Assembly (NCBI GenBank): GCA_035221665.1
Contig: CM069162.1
Coordinates: 22,940,001-23,004,000 of the forward strand
Reading direction: 5' to 3'
Length of the DNA: 64,000 nt
From: Okamejei kenojei
Taxonomy: Eukaryota
Shown here: piece by piece, positions 24,036-37,139 of the stretch
Layout: every line of letters begins with the position of its first letter
Numbering within the stretch: the first letter of the stretch is position 1
The notes under the pieces: generated by a model
What the model was told of the DNA's origin: nothing
Databases searched by the model: none
What the model saw: the letters and a program-made list of their open reading frames with translations, nothing else
Made by a program: the position numbers and the translations under genes

Positions 24036-24739
24036 GTAATGGCAAACCAAAACACTGCCGAGGCTAAAAATCTGGAACCAAAACATAGTCAGCATCTGTG
24101 GAGAGAGCAGCCTAATGACCTCCAATTAGTGTTAACTTACCTTGTGTCAAGAATGTGATAGTCATACAGCATAGAATCAGGCCCTTCGACCCACCGAGCC
24201 CCAGCAACACTGACCACCATTTCACACTTATCCCACCCTGGTCCCATTTTATTCTCCCCACATTCCCATGAACCACTTCCCAATTTCTGTTTCAAGATCA
24301 GAAGATCATACGTGACAGGAACAGAATCAGGCCAAACGGCCCCTCCAGTCTACTCCGCCATTTAATCAACCCCATTCTCCTGCTTTCTCCCCATAACCTC
24401 TGACACCCCGTACTAATCAAGGGCCGATTTACAGGAGCCCATTAACCTACCGGCATGCACATGTGCATCTCTAACCAGGTTGTATATTTGCAGATAATCA
24501 GATTAAATAGTTTGAAGCTTGGGTCTTGGTGTACATTCAACATACCCAATGGCCTTTCATCTTGTGAGCAGCAGCTTTTGCATTATTTTCCCATCTTTAC
24601 ATTCCGAAGCATTCAGTGTTTATGTAAACAATACAACATAACACCTTGGACTAACTCTGACACCTCTCTCCCCTTTCATGGAGTGATAGAATAACTCAGC
24701 TTGGAAACAAGCCCTTTGGTCCAGCCTTTAATCCAAAAC

Positions 24740-24955
24740 CCTCACCTGTATCCATCTAGCACTTGCTAGGCTTTGTCCTGCCCCCACTTCTTTTCCAGCT
24801 TACTTCTCTCCCCACCACAAACAGTCCGAAGAAGGGTCCCGACTGAAAACGTCACGTATCCATGTTCTCCAGAGATGCTACCTGTCCCGCTGAGTTACTC
24901 AAGCATTTTTTTGTCTTATTCTGTTAACCAACATCTGCAGTTCCTTGTGTCTCCA
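24740..24955 (+). mobile_element. Penelope-derived element with upstream pLTR sequence
   Basis: cagtccgaagaagggtcccgactgaaaacgtcac...catctgcagttcctt. Confidence 0.8.
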
Positions 24956-25005
24956 AACAAATACTAGTATGATGTGGCGTCTTTAAAGCATTTAAACAAC
25001 ACAAA

Positions 25006-25292
25006 GTGCGCGGCGGTAGAGTTGCTGCCCCTTCTGGGATCAATCCCGACCACGCGTGCTGTCTGTACGGAGTTTATACGTTCAACCCGTGACCGCGAGG
25101 GTTTTCTCCGTGATCTTCGGTTTCTTCCCACACTCCAAAGACGTACGAGTTTGTAGACTAATTGGCTTGGTATAAATGTAAATTGTCTCTAGCGTGTGTG
25201 AGATAGTGTTAATGTGCGGGGATCGCTGATTGATGCGGACTCAGTGGGCCGAAGGGCCTATTACCGCGATGTACCTCTAAACTAAACTAAAC
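25006..25292 (+). mobile_element. HE1-type V-SINE
   Basis: V core and (taaac)n tail. Confidence 0.9.
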
Positions 25293-27387
25293 ACTAATTG
25301 AAACAACAATACTGTCACAGAGTCATACAGCACGGAATCAGGCCCTTCAGCCCACCGAGCCCACACCACCACTGACCACCCAGTCACAATAATCCACACA
25401 TCATGCAAGTAAGGCATGGCCAAATAGGTACCTTTTAAGAGTATCTTAATAAGGAGAGGATTAGTATCCTGTACAATTAGTGAGCTAATTGCCCAAAGAC
25501 AGACGTGGAGGTCAGTTCATCATTTTTACATTACAACCTCCTCTAAACTGATATTCACATTGTAGACTAACAGTGTAACTGATCGCACATACTCTTAATA
25601 GTTAAGGCCCAAGCTCCCAGTGTCAGGGCAGGTAATGAACGCTTCATCCAGGCAAAGAACCTGAGAGCCTCACGTATGGGTGATTCCTCAATGAACACTC
25701 CCTATCCGCTGGCAGTGCGATTATGTAAAATTCGTACTACACTATAAGAGCAACTAGCTTTGAACCGTCTGCGGCCAGCAGTGACTTTGCTCCCACCTTA
25801 GAGTCACAGAGTGACAGAACACCGAAACTGGCCCAACCTCAACCACGCCGACCAAGATGCTAGTCTCATTTGCCTGCATCTGACCGATATATAGAGTCAT
25901 GGTGAGCTAGTTTGGAGACAGACGTGAAAAAGACAATTTACTGTGCTAACCATTCCCTCTCCGAAGACGAATCTGTCGGTTTCATCAGTTGCGATTAGTT
26001 TCCTTATTACAGGTATTGCTGGACTTGCACAATGGACACTTGGATAGGTGGAAGGCTAGGAAGGTTTAGAGGGATATGAATCAAATGTGTGCAGATGAGA
26101 CTCCCTTAGTTGGGCATCTTGGTCAGCATGGCTGGGTTGGCCGAAGGGCCTGTATAACTCTGCCTCTACAACTGGCTATGGAACAGTTGCACTACACAGT
26201 GCTGAACACTCTATTTTGCACTCTTTTCCTTTGCTCTACCTATTGTACTTGAGTTTCGCTTGATTGTATTAAATGTGTAATATTATATGATTTGATTGGA
26301 TGCCATGCAAAACAAAGCTTTTCACTGTACCTCATTAATACATGACAAGAATAAACCTAATCCTTAACCATCCTTATCTGTAAGTGGAGGCTGGGAACCC
26401 AGCAAGAACCAAACAGAATCCCAGAATCCAGGACAACAGACCTTCATGGTCAGATCAAGATCGTTGCACTTACAACAACTGGGACTTGAGAACAGCGCCA
26501 AACAGGTCTCACTGTACTACTGCTACACACTTGTACTGTATCTGAGATGATTGTCGCACATGCATCAAAGTGCTTCTGTACAGAGACACTTGTACTGAAC
26601 TGTATACAAAAACGAATTTCACTGTAGTTCGGCACACGTGACAAATAAAGGACCACACCACACCATACCGGACTCTGAGCCTAGCAATCCCAACAAGTTT
26701 ACCTGTTGCGCTTACTGGCTGTGACAGATTAATGTGCCACTGAGATGGCATAAAGGAGGCGGTAGATAGCAGCCGTTGCCAAAGCTTTAACCCATTACTT
26801 ATCTTTACAGCTGCTTGCAAACCTCCTGCGTACTTCTAGCATTTACCGTGACCTTTCAGAATTATTTTTGTTAACTACTCTGAGATGTGCAATTATTTTT
26901 ATGATGTTAGTGCTCTGTGGGGCACTACACTTAAAGGTCTCTGTGAGCATCTGTAATCGACTGCATGAAAGTGGCCCATCAAGATATTGTCACCTCAGCA
27001 GCCTGGCGGTCCTTGCTCCCAGACCAGCAGCTCGTTACTGCAGCAACCTCATCCGTGGAGTCTGCGCAAAATGATCTAACAAGTGCTTGCAGCCACTCCG
27101 CAGAGACGGCCCATTGTACTGAATGTTACACAGTGGCACGTACCGATACACTGCAACTCATACCCACCTGCTCTCAGTTATCTTCTCCTGTGACTCTGTC
27201 CCTTTCTCACTCAGCGTTTTGCTGCTGGATTTCTTGCTTGCTTTCTGCGTTTGGGAAGATACAACACAGTCATTTTTTACAGCAGGGTGTACAATACACA
27301 CCCGGCTTAAGTCATGTCATGGTCTGTGCTCTCAATCCGTCCCCATTACTGCAGCAAATTGCCTGTTGCCATTTTTGTTATCCATTC

Positions 27388-27540
27388 AGCTGCCTTACAG
27401 CGCTAGAGACCCGGGTTCCATCCTGACTACAGGTGCTGTCTGTACAGAGTTTGTACATTCTCCCTGTGACCTTGTGGGTTTTCTCCGGGTGCTCCGGTTT
27501 CCTCCCACACTCCAAAGACATGCAGGTTGGTAAGTCAATT
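27388..27540 (+). mobile_element. Partial HE1-type V-SINE
   Basis: gctgccttacagcgctagagacccgggttccatcc. Confidence 0.85.
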
Positions 27541-27785
27541 CCCCAGTTGCCAGGGGCCTAGGATTCCTGCCCTAAATGTCTCAGACTTGCTCCTCTAGCC
27601 CTATCTCTTTGACCAAGCTTCTGGGACCTCAGCCCAATGTCCCTAACGAGACTTCATGTCAAATTGTGTTTTGTGTACTTCTTGTGAAGCACATAAGGAG
27701 AATTTTGTTACATTACGGATGCTTTAAAAATAGAAGCTGCGTCATTCAGAAATACACAGATGATCAGGAGTCTGATCATCTATGT

Positions 27786-27900
27786 GACCCGAAACGTCAC
27801 CCATTCCTTCTCTCCAGAGATATTGCCTGACCCGCTGAGTTACTCCAGCTTTTTGTGTCCATCTTAGGTTTAAACCAGTATCTGCAGTTCCTTCCTACAT
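27786..27900 (+). mobile_element. Penelope-derived short element
   Basis: gacccgaaacgtcacccattcc...tctgcagttccttcctaca. Confidence 0.85.
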
Positions 27901-27919
27901 ATTTCTTGCACTACATATA

Positions 27920-28097
27920 GTTAGATTAATAACCTGACCATCATAATGTAGTTATGGGATCTTGCAGTATGTAAATTAACTGCCGGGTCTATCTACAGTA
28001 CAACACTGAAGACATCTCAAACAGTATTTCATGAGCTGTAAAGTGCTTGGAGACATCCCGTGGTCTTAAAAAGCTCTGGATAAATGCATGTCTTTCA
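27920..28097 (+). mobile_element. Deu-domain SINE 3' fragment
   Basis: tgggatcttgc...gtaaattaactgcc...gctgtaaagtgcttgg...taaatgcatgtctttc. Confidence 0.6.
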
Positions 28098-28689
28098 AGT
28101 CTTACTTTTATCACCATACTGCGCTTCCCTATTTAATGATTCAGTGAGAACTTCAGAATCAACGGGGACAGTGAGTCTTAATAGTCATTAGAAGTACAGC
28201 CACACCAGACCGCATGCTTCTGGTGCATGGAGTGCAGAACCCCCAACAAATGCCACACTGTGAGGTGACTGCTTGATGGAGATGTTGCCAGCAAGAGGCA
28301 CCAGCATCAGCCCAGCTGGGTTGGGTCGCGTGGTGGGATCCGCACAGCAGAGCCAGCGAGGAATCTTGAAAATGCAAAATTGAATGAATTAATCCTCTTA
28401 AATTTAGTTAAGTCTCGCCCAGTGAGGCAGGAAAGATTAGCAGTGAGGGAGTGCCCCCTCTGTGGTAAGCTGTCCAAGAAAAGCTCTGAAGCTTTCTGTA
28501 CATGCTGGCGGACCCAAGTATCTCACATTCCCCGCAGGCTGAGGAAGTGGTTGGGGATGGGAGGAGGGAAACATTTATAAAATATGCCTTTTCTCTTTGT
28601 GTCAAGTTACCTCCCAGCCCGTCCTAACGCAACTGTGCGAGACTGTGCCTCTATCAGTCAATCAGCTTCACCAGGCACGGTGATCACAC

Positions 28690-29097
28690 CTCACGCTGCC
28701 TCGGCCTCGGCAAGGCCAGCAGCATAATTAAGGACGGGTCGCAGCCCGGTCACTCCCTCTTCTCCCCTCTCCCATCAGACAAAAGGTAGAGAAATGTGAA
28801 AATGTACACCTCCAGATCCAGGGACAATTTCTTCCCCGTTGTTATCAGGCAACTGGACCATCCTACCAACAACTAGAGAGCAGTCCTGAGCTACTATCTA
28901 CCTCATTGGTGACCCTCGGACTATCTTTGATCGGACTTTATCTTGCATTAAATGTTATTCACGTTATTCCCTCTATTATGTATCTGTGCACAGTGGATGG
29001 TTGGATTGTAATCATGTATTGTCTTTCCGCCGACTGGTTAACACGCGACAAATGCTTTTCACTGTACCTCAATACACCTGACAATAAACTAAACTCA
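28690..29097 (+). mobile_element. Rex1/Babar-type LINE 3' fragment
   Basis: CLGKASSIIKD..PGHSLFSPLPS-type end; 3' UTR with gatcggacttt and tgacaataaactaaac. Confidence 0.8.
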
Positions 29098-29569
29098 AAG
29101 TCAAATGGATTGCTTCATTGCCTCACTCCAAAGACTCCTTGTATCGAGCTTTGAGAATCGTTTTGTTTTGAAGCTTTTACCTTCTCCAGTTCATCCAGGA
29201 TCATGAAAGGACGATAACAGTGCGAGGGAGGGGCAAGTTCAATGCTCCGAAATGCCGCGTAACCTCTCTCTGCTCTCTGGATGACCGGAACGGGAGAGGA
29301 GTCTTCCTCTTCTACGGAACAGAAAGAGAGAGTTAGATTTAGCTCTTAGGGCTGAAGAAATCAAGGGATATGGGGAAAAAACAGGAACGGGGTACTGATT
29401 TTAGATGGTCAGCCATGATAATATTGAACGCTAACCTAACAGCTAACTTAAAGCGGCATTCCAACATGAAAAGGTTCCCCACCCCTGTACTAGAACATAC
29501 AGCATGACCAAAATCTAGGCTAGTGAAGCAGGATTTAAAGACTGACTTAAAGGTGGACATAAAGGTAGA

Positions 29570-29660
29570 AACAAAGAACTGCAGATGCTGGTTTACAAAA
29601 AAAAGACACAAAGTGCCAGAGTTACCCAGCGGTCAGGCAGCGTCTCTGGAGAATATGGAT
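29570..29660 (-). mobile_element. Penelope-derived short element
   Basis: aagaactgcagatgctggttt...ggtcaggcagcgtctctggagaa. Confidence 0.8.
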
Positions 29661-29884
29661 CGGATACCGATACAAAATATTCCCCAGCTACTTTGTTGGA
29701 AAAACCTGTCTAACTTTTGATGTTTTTCCTACTAACGACTACTTACAATTCTTGAAATAAGTCCTCTGCAGTTATCTGTGCTCCATGCAGTAGGACCTTG
29801 GCAGACAGGACAAGCTGGGCATTCAACCTGCAGACGTATCACCAAACTCCACCCATTATCATGCATCTATCATCATGGGTCGCA

Positions 29885-30240
29885 TCTCACAGCTACATCG
29901 AGCAGGAGGTGCACAAGTCTGTCGTCCCACTCCACAAGGTTCAGGAACATCCACTGCCCTACAACCATCAGGTTTTGGAACCGAGCTACACAATCCTATC
30001 TCGACAACGGCCCAAGGACCACCTCTTGCCCTACTACGGACGTGTTTTATATCTAAATGTGTTTTCTCTTGTTTATTTGCAGGCTTATCTTCTTTCTACA
30101 GTCTTGAGGAATTTTGTATACTTTTGCATGATCTATGTTTTTGTGTGTTGCCTGAGTCTATATGCCTGTGCTGCTGTGGGCAAGGTTTTTCATTATACCA
30201 GCACGTATTTGTGCATATAATAATGAACACAACTTGTTTT
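29885..30240 (+). mobile_element. Old Rex1/Babar-type LINE 3' fragment
   Basis: SSRRCTSLSSHSTRFRNIHCPTTIRFWN resembles SGRRYRSL..TTRFRNSFFPTAIRLLN. Confidence 0.7.
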
Positions 30241-30279
30241 GATCGGACTTACCTCGCTTTGAAATATATTTTTTTGCAT

Positions 30280-31400
30280 CAGAGAGTCATAGTCATAGAG
30301 CACGGAAACAGGCCCTCCGGCTCAACATGTCCAAGCTGACCAAGATGCCCAATCTACACTACCCCCACCTGCCAGCGTTTGGCCCATATCCTCCAAAACC
30401 TTTCCTATCCATGTACCTGTCCAGATGTCTTTTAAATGCTGATATAGTACCTGCTTCAACTACCTCCTCTAATAGCTCAATCCATATACCCTCCACCGTC
30501 CTTGATTTCCCTACTCTGTAGGGTAAAAGACTGTGCCTTCACTCTATCTATTCCCCTCATGATCTCATACACCTCTATATGATCACCCCTCATCTTCCTG
30601 CGCTCCAAGGAAAAAAGTACTAGCCTGCCTAACCTCTCCCAATAGAGGTTGGGCAGGCTAGAACTTTTTTCCTTGGAGCGCAGGAAGATCCAACCCGACC
30701 TCCCGGTGGCTCAGCACTTCAACTCCCCCTCCCATTCCGTATCTGACCTCTCTGTCCTGGGCCTCCTCAACGGCCAGAGTGAGCAATGCCGCAAATTGGA
30801 GGAACAGCACCTCATATTCCGCTTGGGTAGTCTGCATCCTCTTGGCATGAACATTGAATTCTCTCAATTCTGTTAACCCTTGCTGTCTCCTCCCCTTCCT
30901 ACCTCTCCCTCAGCCCTCGGGCTCCTCCTCCTCCTTTTTCCTTTTTTCCCCCTGCCTCCCCCCACCCCCCATCAGTCTGAAGAAGGGTTTCGGCCCGAAA
31001 CATTGCCTATCTCTTTCGCTCCATAGATGCTGCTGCACCCGCTGAGTTTCTCCAGCATTTTGTGTACCCTCGATTTTCCAGCATCTGCAGTTCCTTCTTT
31101 AACACTCTCCATATAGCTCCTGCCCACAAGTCCTGGCAGCATCCTCGTAAACCTTCTCTGAACACTTTCCAGCTTATCAACATTCTTCCTAGACCAAGGT
31201 GACCAAGACATGAACACAATACTCCAAATGCAGCCTCACCGACGTCTCGTACAACTGCAACATAACATCCCAACGTCTATACTCAATACCCTGACTGATA
31301 AAGGCCAAAGTACCATAAGCCTTCTTGACCACTCTAGCCTGCTGTGACACCAGTTTCAAGGAACTATGTACCTAAACTCCTGGATCCCTCTGCTTCACTC
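30280..31400 (-). mobile_element. CR1 fragment split by a Penelope insertion
   Basis: DKLESVQRRFTRMLPGL on the right side; CR1 3' tail on the left side. Confidence 0.85.
30690..31104 (+). mobile_element. Penelope-like element 3' end: GIY-YIG endonuclease C-terminus, 3' UTR and hammerhead motif
   Basis: QPDLPVAQHFNSPSHSVSDLSVLGL...RKLEEQHLIFRLGSLHPLGMN is the typical vertebrate PLE endonuclease end; about 100 nt after the stop is agtCTGAAGAAGGGTTTCGGCCCGAAACATT (30974-31004). Confidence 0.9.
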
Positions 31401-34400
31401 ATGCACTCCTATTGTGCATTTGTAGCATGGAAACGTATATTCAACTCATCTGGTTTAAAGTTGAATGTCTGCTTCTCACAAACTTCGACCTGGCTTTCTT
31501 CATTGCAACATATTAGAATAACCCTCTACCCTTTGCAGCTTCCTGTGGAAAGAGTCCACGTCAAGCACCTCAACTACGTTCAGACTTCCAGTTTCATTGC
31601 TCACCGGTGAGTTAACATGTATCTGTTGAACTCTCTTATGTACAGGTAGGTGATCATCTGATATCAATGGTCCATGGTTCTGATCTACCGGCAGGACTGA
31701 CTACTCTTTCCTTGGCTAACCCAAGAGTGCTGTGAGCTTATCTGCCAGCTTTCTCTCACTCAGATAAAGACCCAGGGTATTCTCGCCATCCTCTGCGCTA
31801 TTCTCCCCACCACAAAGAGGAATAGAGGGAATATTGTTCCATGGGCTTTGCTGAGATAACGCGGCATGGGAGTGTGCATAATGCCCGGTGGGTAGTAATA
31901 CCAGTGCACTTCTGGTTCCTCAGCAGCAGCATCACCAGGATATTCACTGACTTAAGTCACGATGCCAAACACAGTGGAAATCATTGATCGCGCCAGAAGT
32001 ACAGAGAGATAAATCTGTTTATGTTAGCAAACAGCTCACTTCCATGCTGTCTGACACTCAGAGTCAATCACCTAATCCTTTCCCATCTGCTCACATTTTT
32101 ATTTCTTTAAGATTTAAAAAAAAAACATACACACAATTAACTCCTCAGAGCAAACGAAGAGCTTAGCAGCAAATACCAAGGATGAGAGAATCATCTGCGG
32201 CAAGGTTGGTGGTAACCCTGTACTGGAAAGTGCTGGAGTCTCTGCTTACAACGGCTTTTCCCTTTGCCCCAGCTTCTATCTTCATTTATTTAAAAGGCCT
32301 GGAATACAATCAGAAACTCAGTGTTTGCTTCAATCTGGAGGCCATTTTCACTGGGTAATAGGTCAGTGGGTGCGATGCATGAGACGTGATCCGAGCTGCC
32401 CTTTGCTTTGCTTACCACAAATGTCATATATATTAGTAAAGGTTTTTTCAAATGTGATCTGGACAAATGAGCGGTAGCATTTTTTGTGAACGGTGGTCAC
32501 CTTTGTTGCAATTAGTGTTATTCCAAATGCTAAGCATTATGTGTTTGCACGTTTTCCCACAGCGCACATGTCCTTCATCTCCTGGACTTTCCCCCCTCCT
32601 GTCCTTCCTTCAACGGCAGCATAAAGTTTCCACAAACATGAGATTCAATTGTTGTATCTGAGCATACAAAGTTAGTGCTGGTAGTCTCTGAAGCTGTGGT
32701 AGGGATAAACCTAATGTACAGCTGACATTTGGATTAAAGCAATTTTCTGTTGAGATAGCTCGGCAGTGGTTAGGTGCCTCCCTCGTCCTAGTCTTAGTAT
32801 ACATGGTAACATCTCCTGCCATTCAAACTAGGGTCTTGTAACTCCGAGTCCTAATGTCCCTCAGCGAAAGAGCACTTGGCATTGTAACCCAAGTAAACCT
32901 GCTCAACAGAATGTGGGATAAAATGGTTGACTTTATTGAATATGTCGTTTACCAGTACGCATCCTAAATCTTCCTCAAATACTGTGCATCCAACTATATA
33001 TATTTCTCAATAAAGTTAATGCCATATCCTTTTATGTCCACAGACAACGGAATCTGTTTATGTGATCATCTCATGCTGCAAATACCTTCTCCCTCTCTCT
33101 CCTGAATAAGTTTGATGTAGGACCACTGGAGACTGGCTGGTTTTTAAAAGGGGCAGAGCTTGCTAAATCAGGTTATTGTCGCTAATAATCAGAACCGGTG
33201 CTCATCCTAAATTCTTCTTTAAAGAAAAAATCCTCAGAGTATGTGAAGTATGAAGGGCACAAGGTTGCACAGCAGAGAAGCAGATTGCCACCTCGAGGGC
33301 TTCGGTTGGAATCTGACCCAGAGTAATGGGATGACTTCTTCTGCTCTGCTCCGAGGCTCTTGTTGCTGAGTGTCAGCTGTTCCTTCACCCCTCTTCCTTC
33401 CAGCATTAACTGTGCTGGCTTCAGTCACGGTTTGTCAGCTGCGAGGGAGAATCTTATACAAGACCAGTCTGGGAAGAATTGACGGCAAAGGAATGGGTTT
33501 CCCATCAGCCTGCTTGTATCACATCAAGTAAGGGGATATGGACTATGTGCGGACAAATAAGAGTTAGTCTTGGCATCATGTTCAGCATGGACATCGTGGG
33601 CCAAAAGGCCTGTTCACATGCTGTAATGTTCTGTTCATTCCACCTGGCGTTTAATGAATAATGTCATTAAAAGGAGGAGCCTCATCCATACAATCCATCC
33701 ATTCATGACAAATAGGGCCGAGAGGAATCATTATCATGCAGTGCAAAAGGCTAGTCCCAAGGTGAACAAAACATTGGGCCAAGGCTGAAAATGGAGTGTG
33801 AATGCACAGTTTTCCACAATGGCCACAGATGGCAACATTGGTGAACTCACTGTTTGGTTACTGTAGGTACATCCCAGACAGTACATATCTGCATGCTGGA
33901 GAGATCTAGAGACGTAGCGGAGAGATAGTCTCACTGGTGCATGCGTGGGCAACACTGCCAAGATAAGCTGAGAGAGGATAAATATGAGAGAGCCAAGGCT
34001 GGCCTCTAGGTAGGGCTCAACAGATAATCTGCATTCAATGCCGTTTGTAATGCTTTTCCATGATTTGCAAACAGTGTAGAATTTTATTCATTTTACTGAC
34101 TAAGATCATCCAGAACTTTGTTGTTTGTTATTTTAGCAGTTCAGGTTATTAGCTGAATGTAAATAGCACGGCTGTCCTGGAGGTATCTCTGGGCTGTTCA
34201 GCCGGGCTGATGGCTTCGCAGTCTAGACCTTCAGCATGGTTACTGCCATTCACGGAGCACGGTCAACAGACACAAGGTCACCAGCAATCAGCAGCTAGGA
34301 ATGCAGCTGAGAGGAATCTGCATTTGCTTGGTCTTTTCATGACCTCAAGATGACTTAAACGGCCGTGCAGCCCATGAAGTACTCTGACTTGCAGTCACTG

Positions 34401-34448
34401 CTGTAACAACCAGCTTCATATCACCAACATTGTGATAAAGATGAAATA

Positions 34449-34778
34449 CAGGAACACCACCGATTTTCCGGCAACTGATGGTCCGGCACCTCCTTCAATT
34501 CCGGACAAAATGTCAAGAGCATTGCATGTAGCACACAGACTTTTGGGATGTGTGCCTCCGTTTTGAAAGAGTTAATTGTTTACTTTTTGTTCATTGTTAA
34601 TTCTTTATTTCAGTTTCTAGCAGTCCTTGGTGCTTTAGAGACACCGGAGGGGTATAATTAATGGGTCAGAGGTGTATTGTTGAATTATTATTATTATATG
34701 ACCTCCTTTGGTCCAGCAAAATGGATAATCCGGCAAGGCTCTCGAACCAAGGGTGCCGGAAAATCAATGGTGTATCTG
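34449..34778. mobile_element. pogo/Tigger-like (Tc1/mariner) non-autonomous DNA element, nested in a Deu-SINE remnant
   Basis: 25-bp TIRs: caggaacaccaccgattttccggca versus reverse complement cagatacaccattgattttccggca; TA precedes the left end. Confidence 0.7.
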
Positions 34779-34872
34779 CTTGTGGGATAACTGCTGGCCT
34801 GGAAACGGAAATGAATCACTCTGCTTTGTACTTGAAGTAATGGCATAGGATGCTACACCTATGCAACCACTC

Positions 34873-35177
34873 AGGGCGGCACGGTGGCATTGCAGGAGAG
34901 CTACTGCCTTACAGCACCAGAGACTCGGGTTCGATCCTAACTACGGGTGCTTGCCTGAACAGATTTTGTACATTCTCCCCGTGACCGGCATGGGTTTTCT
35001 CCTTGATCTTCGGTTTCCTGCCACACTCCAAAGGCTTGTAGGTTTGTAGGTAAATTGGCTTGGTGTAAAATGGAAAATTGTCCTTGGTATGTGTGTAGGG
35101 CAGTGTTAATGTGCGGGGATCGCTGGTCGGAGCTGAAGGGCCTGTTTTCTGCGCCGTCTCTCTAAACTAAACTAAAG
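34873..35177 (+). mobile_element. HE1-type V-SINE
   Basis: gggcggcacggtggc head to taaactaaactaaa. Confidence 0.9.
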
Positions 35178-35771
35178 ACCTAAGGAACACGGTTTAAAGT
35201 TGCATTCAAAGGCACTAAAGCTGGTTGCTGCTGGCATCATTGGAAGTGTCAGTATATATTAGATGGGATTGAGTCCACAGCCGGGGACAAAAGGACCAGT
35301 GAGCCAAGATTTTATAATTCAGGTAACTCAATGCAGACTGCGGAATCAAGTGGGGACCATGTTGAATCCACAACTCATTTCTGAACTGCCTTCAATAAAT
35401 GTCATCAGAAGAGACACAGGTCTCCCTGGTAAGATTATCGTGTTACTACTGAACAGAGTTGGAATCACAGAATAAATTGCTACCATCAACAATGATTCAA
35501 TGATAGTTTATTGTCACATGTACCTAGATACAGTGATATTCTTTGTATTTGTATAGTATCTACATGCGCCAACAAAGTTACAAAAGGTTCATCAAACAGT
35601 CTATGTTCTCAGTGGCCACCTACTGGGTCCCCCCTTTGTTTTTGGGGCCCCCCGCCAGGTACCCTCTTCGTCTCGGAGCCTTCTGCCGCTGTGTGGTAGA
35701 ATCATCCTACCACAACCAGAGAGCAGTGCTAAACTACTATCTACCCCATTGGTAACCCTCAGACTATTCTT

Positions 35772-35980
35772 TAAGAAAGAACTGCAGATGCTAGAAAAAT
35801 CGAAGGTAGACAAAAATGCTGGAGGAACTCAGCGGGTGAGGCAGCATCTATGGAGAGAAGGAATCGGCAGCGTTTCGGGTCGAGACCCTTCTTCAGACAG
35901 GTCTCGACCCGAAATGTCGCCTATTCCTTCTCTCCAAAGATGCTGCCTCATCCGCAGAGTTCCTCAAGCATTTCTGTCTA
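35772..35980. mobile_element. Penelope-derived inverted pair with 15-bp TSD
   Basis: cctc(a/g)gactat(t/c)ctt at 35757-35771 and 35981-35995. Confidence 0.85.
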
Positions 35981-36007
35981 CCTCGGACTATCCTTGATCG
36001 GACTTTT

Positions 36008-36295
36008 TAAGGATAAGGGGGAAATCTTTTAGGACCGAGATTAGAAAAACATTTTTCACACAGAGAGTGGTGAATCTCTGGAATTCCCTGCCACAGATGG
36101 TAGTTGAGGCCAGTTCATTGGCTATATTTAAGAGGGAGTTAGATGTGGCCCTTGTGGCTAAAGGGATCAGGGGATATGGAGAGAAGGCAGGTAAGGGATA
36201 CTGAGTTGGATGATCAGCCATGATCATATTGAATGGCGGTGCAGGCTTGAAGGGCCGAATGGCCTACTCCTGCACCCACTTTCTATGTTTCTATG
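36008..36295 (+). mobile_element. Young CR1 3' fragment
   Basis: Near-identical to 15960-16255; tttctatgtttctatg tail. Confidence 0.9.
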
Positions 36296-37139
36296 TTGGC
36301 TGGCTTTACATTGCACTAAACTTTATTTCCTTATCATGTATCTGTACACTGTCAATGGCTCAATTGTAATCATGTATTGCCTTTCTGCTGACTGGACAGC
36401 ACACAACAAAAGCTTTTCATTGTGCCACAGTGGACATGACAATAAACTAAACTGTAAACATCCCCGGAGCCTTCTGCGTTCTTTAATGTCCACTCAGTGC
36501 ATGGAGTGTGCGATTACTTTTTAAAATCTTCTTAACGTTTGGAGTCTGGCCTCAGAATCCATCATCTATGCGTGGTGTAACCATGTAATTCAGAGGGTCC
36601 TGTGGGCTTGCAGGGAGGAAGCTAATCTCAATAGGAGCTCACAGGGGAAGTGAACCTAATATGGAACAACATCGTATGGAGTAGATGATCCTGGATTTAA
36701 TTTCTGGCCTTTGCTGATTTCCTAATCTCAAAGGGAGCAGCAGTAGGGTTAATTGAGGCAGGAGAGAAGGGACTATCAGTTCCTGACTGCAATGGAATAA
36801 CCAGCTGGAAAGTGCATTAAAAAAACGCATGCGTTAGCAGAATAGCTCACTCAGATTGTCCAAACTGTATAATGGGAGAGGTACCAAACGACTGCTGCTC
36901 CCAATGGAACTGTGTCCAATAATAGTGAGTGGTCTGTGGAAGGTTTATTAAACTGGTGATATATAGGACCAAGGTGTTGTGCACAATAGAACAGACCGCA
37001 GAAAGTGGTGCTGACGGACATCAGACTGTTTTGTCATCAGACTCCGGTCGGTCGATGAGGGGCCCCAAAAGAGACCTCAGTGAGGGATTGGGGGTGGAGG
37101 ATCAAGTGGTGAGCAGAAAACGGAAGAGGGACCTACATG

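Larger units (their letters stand above)
35700..36452 (+). mobile_element. Rex1-type 3' UTR hosting two nested insertions
   Basis: Same UTR as 28860-29097, broken at 35771 and about 36007. Confidence 0.8.

Noticed and set aside
26965-27426. 153-aa ORF
   Set aside because: No homology recognised, runs into an HE1 SINE, no splice support.
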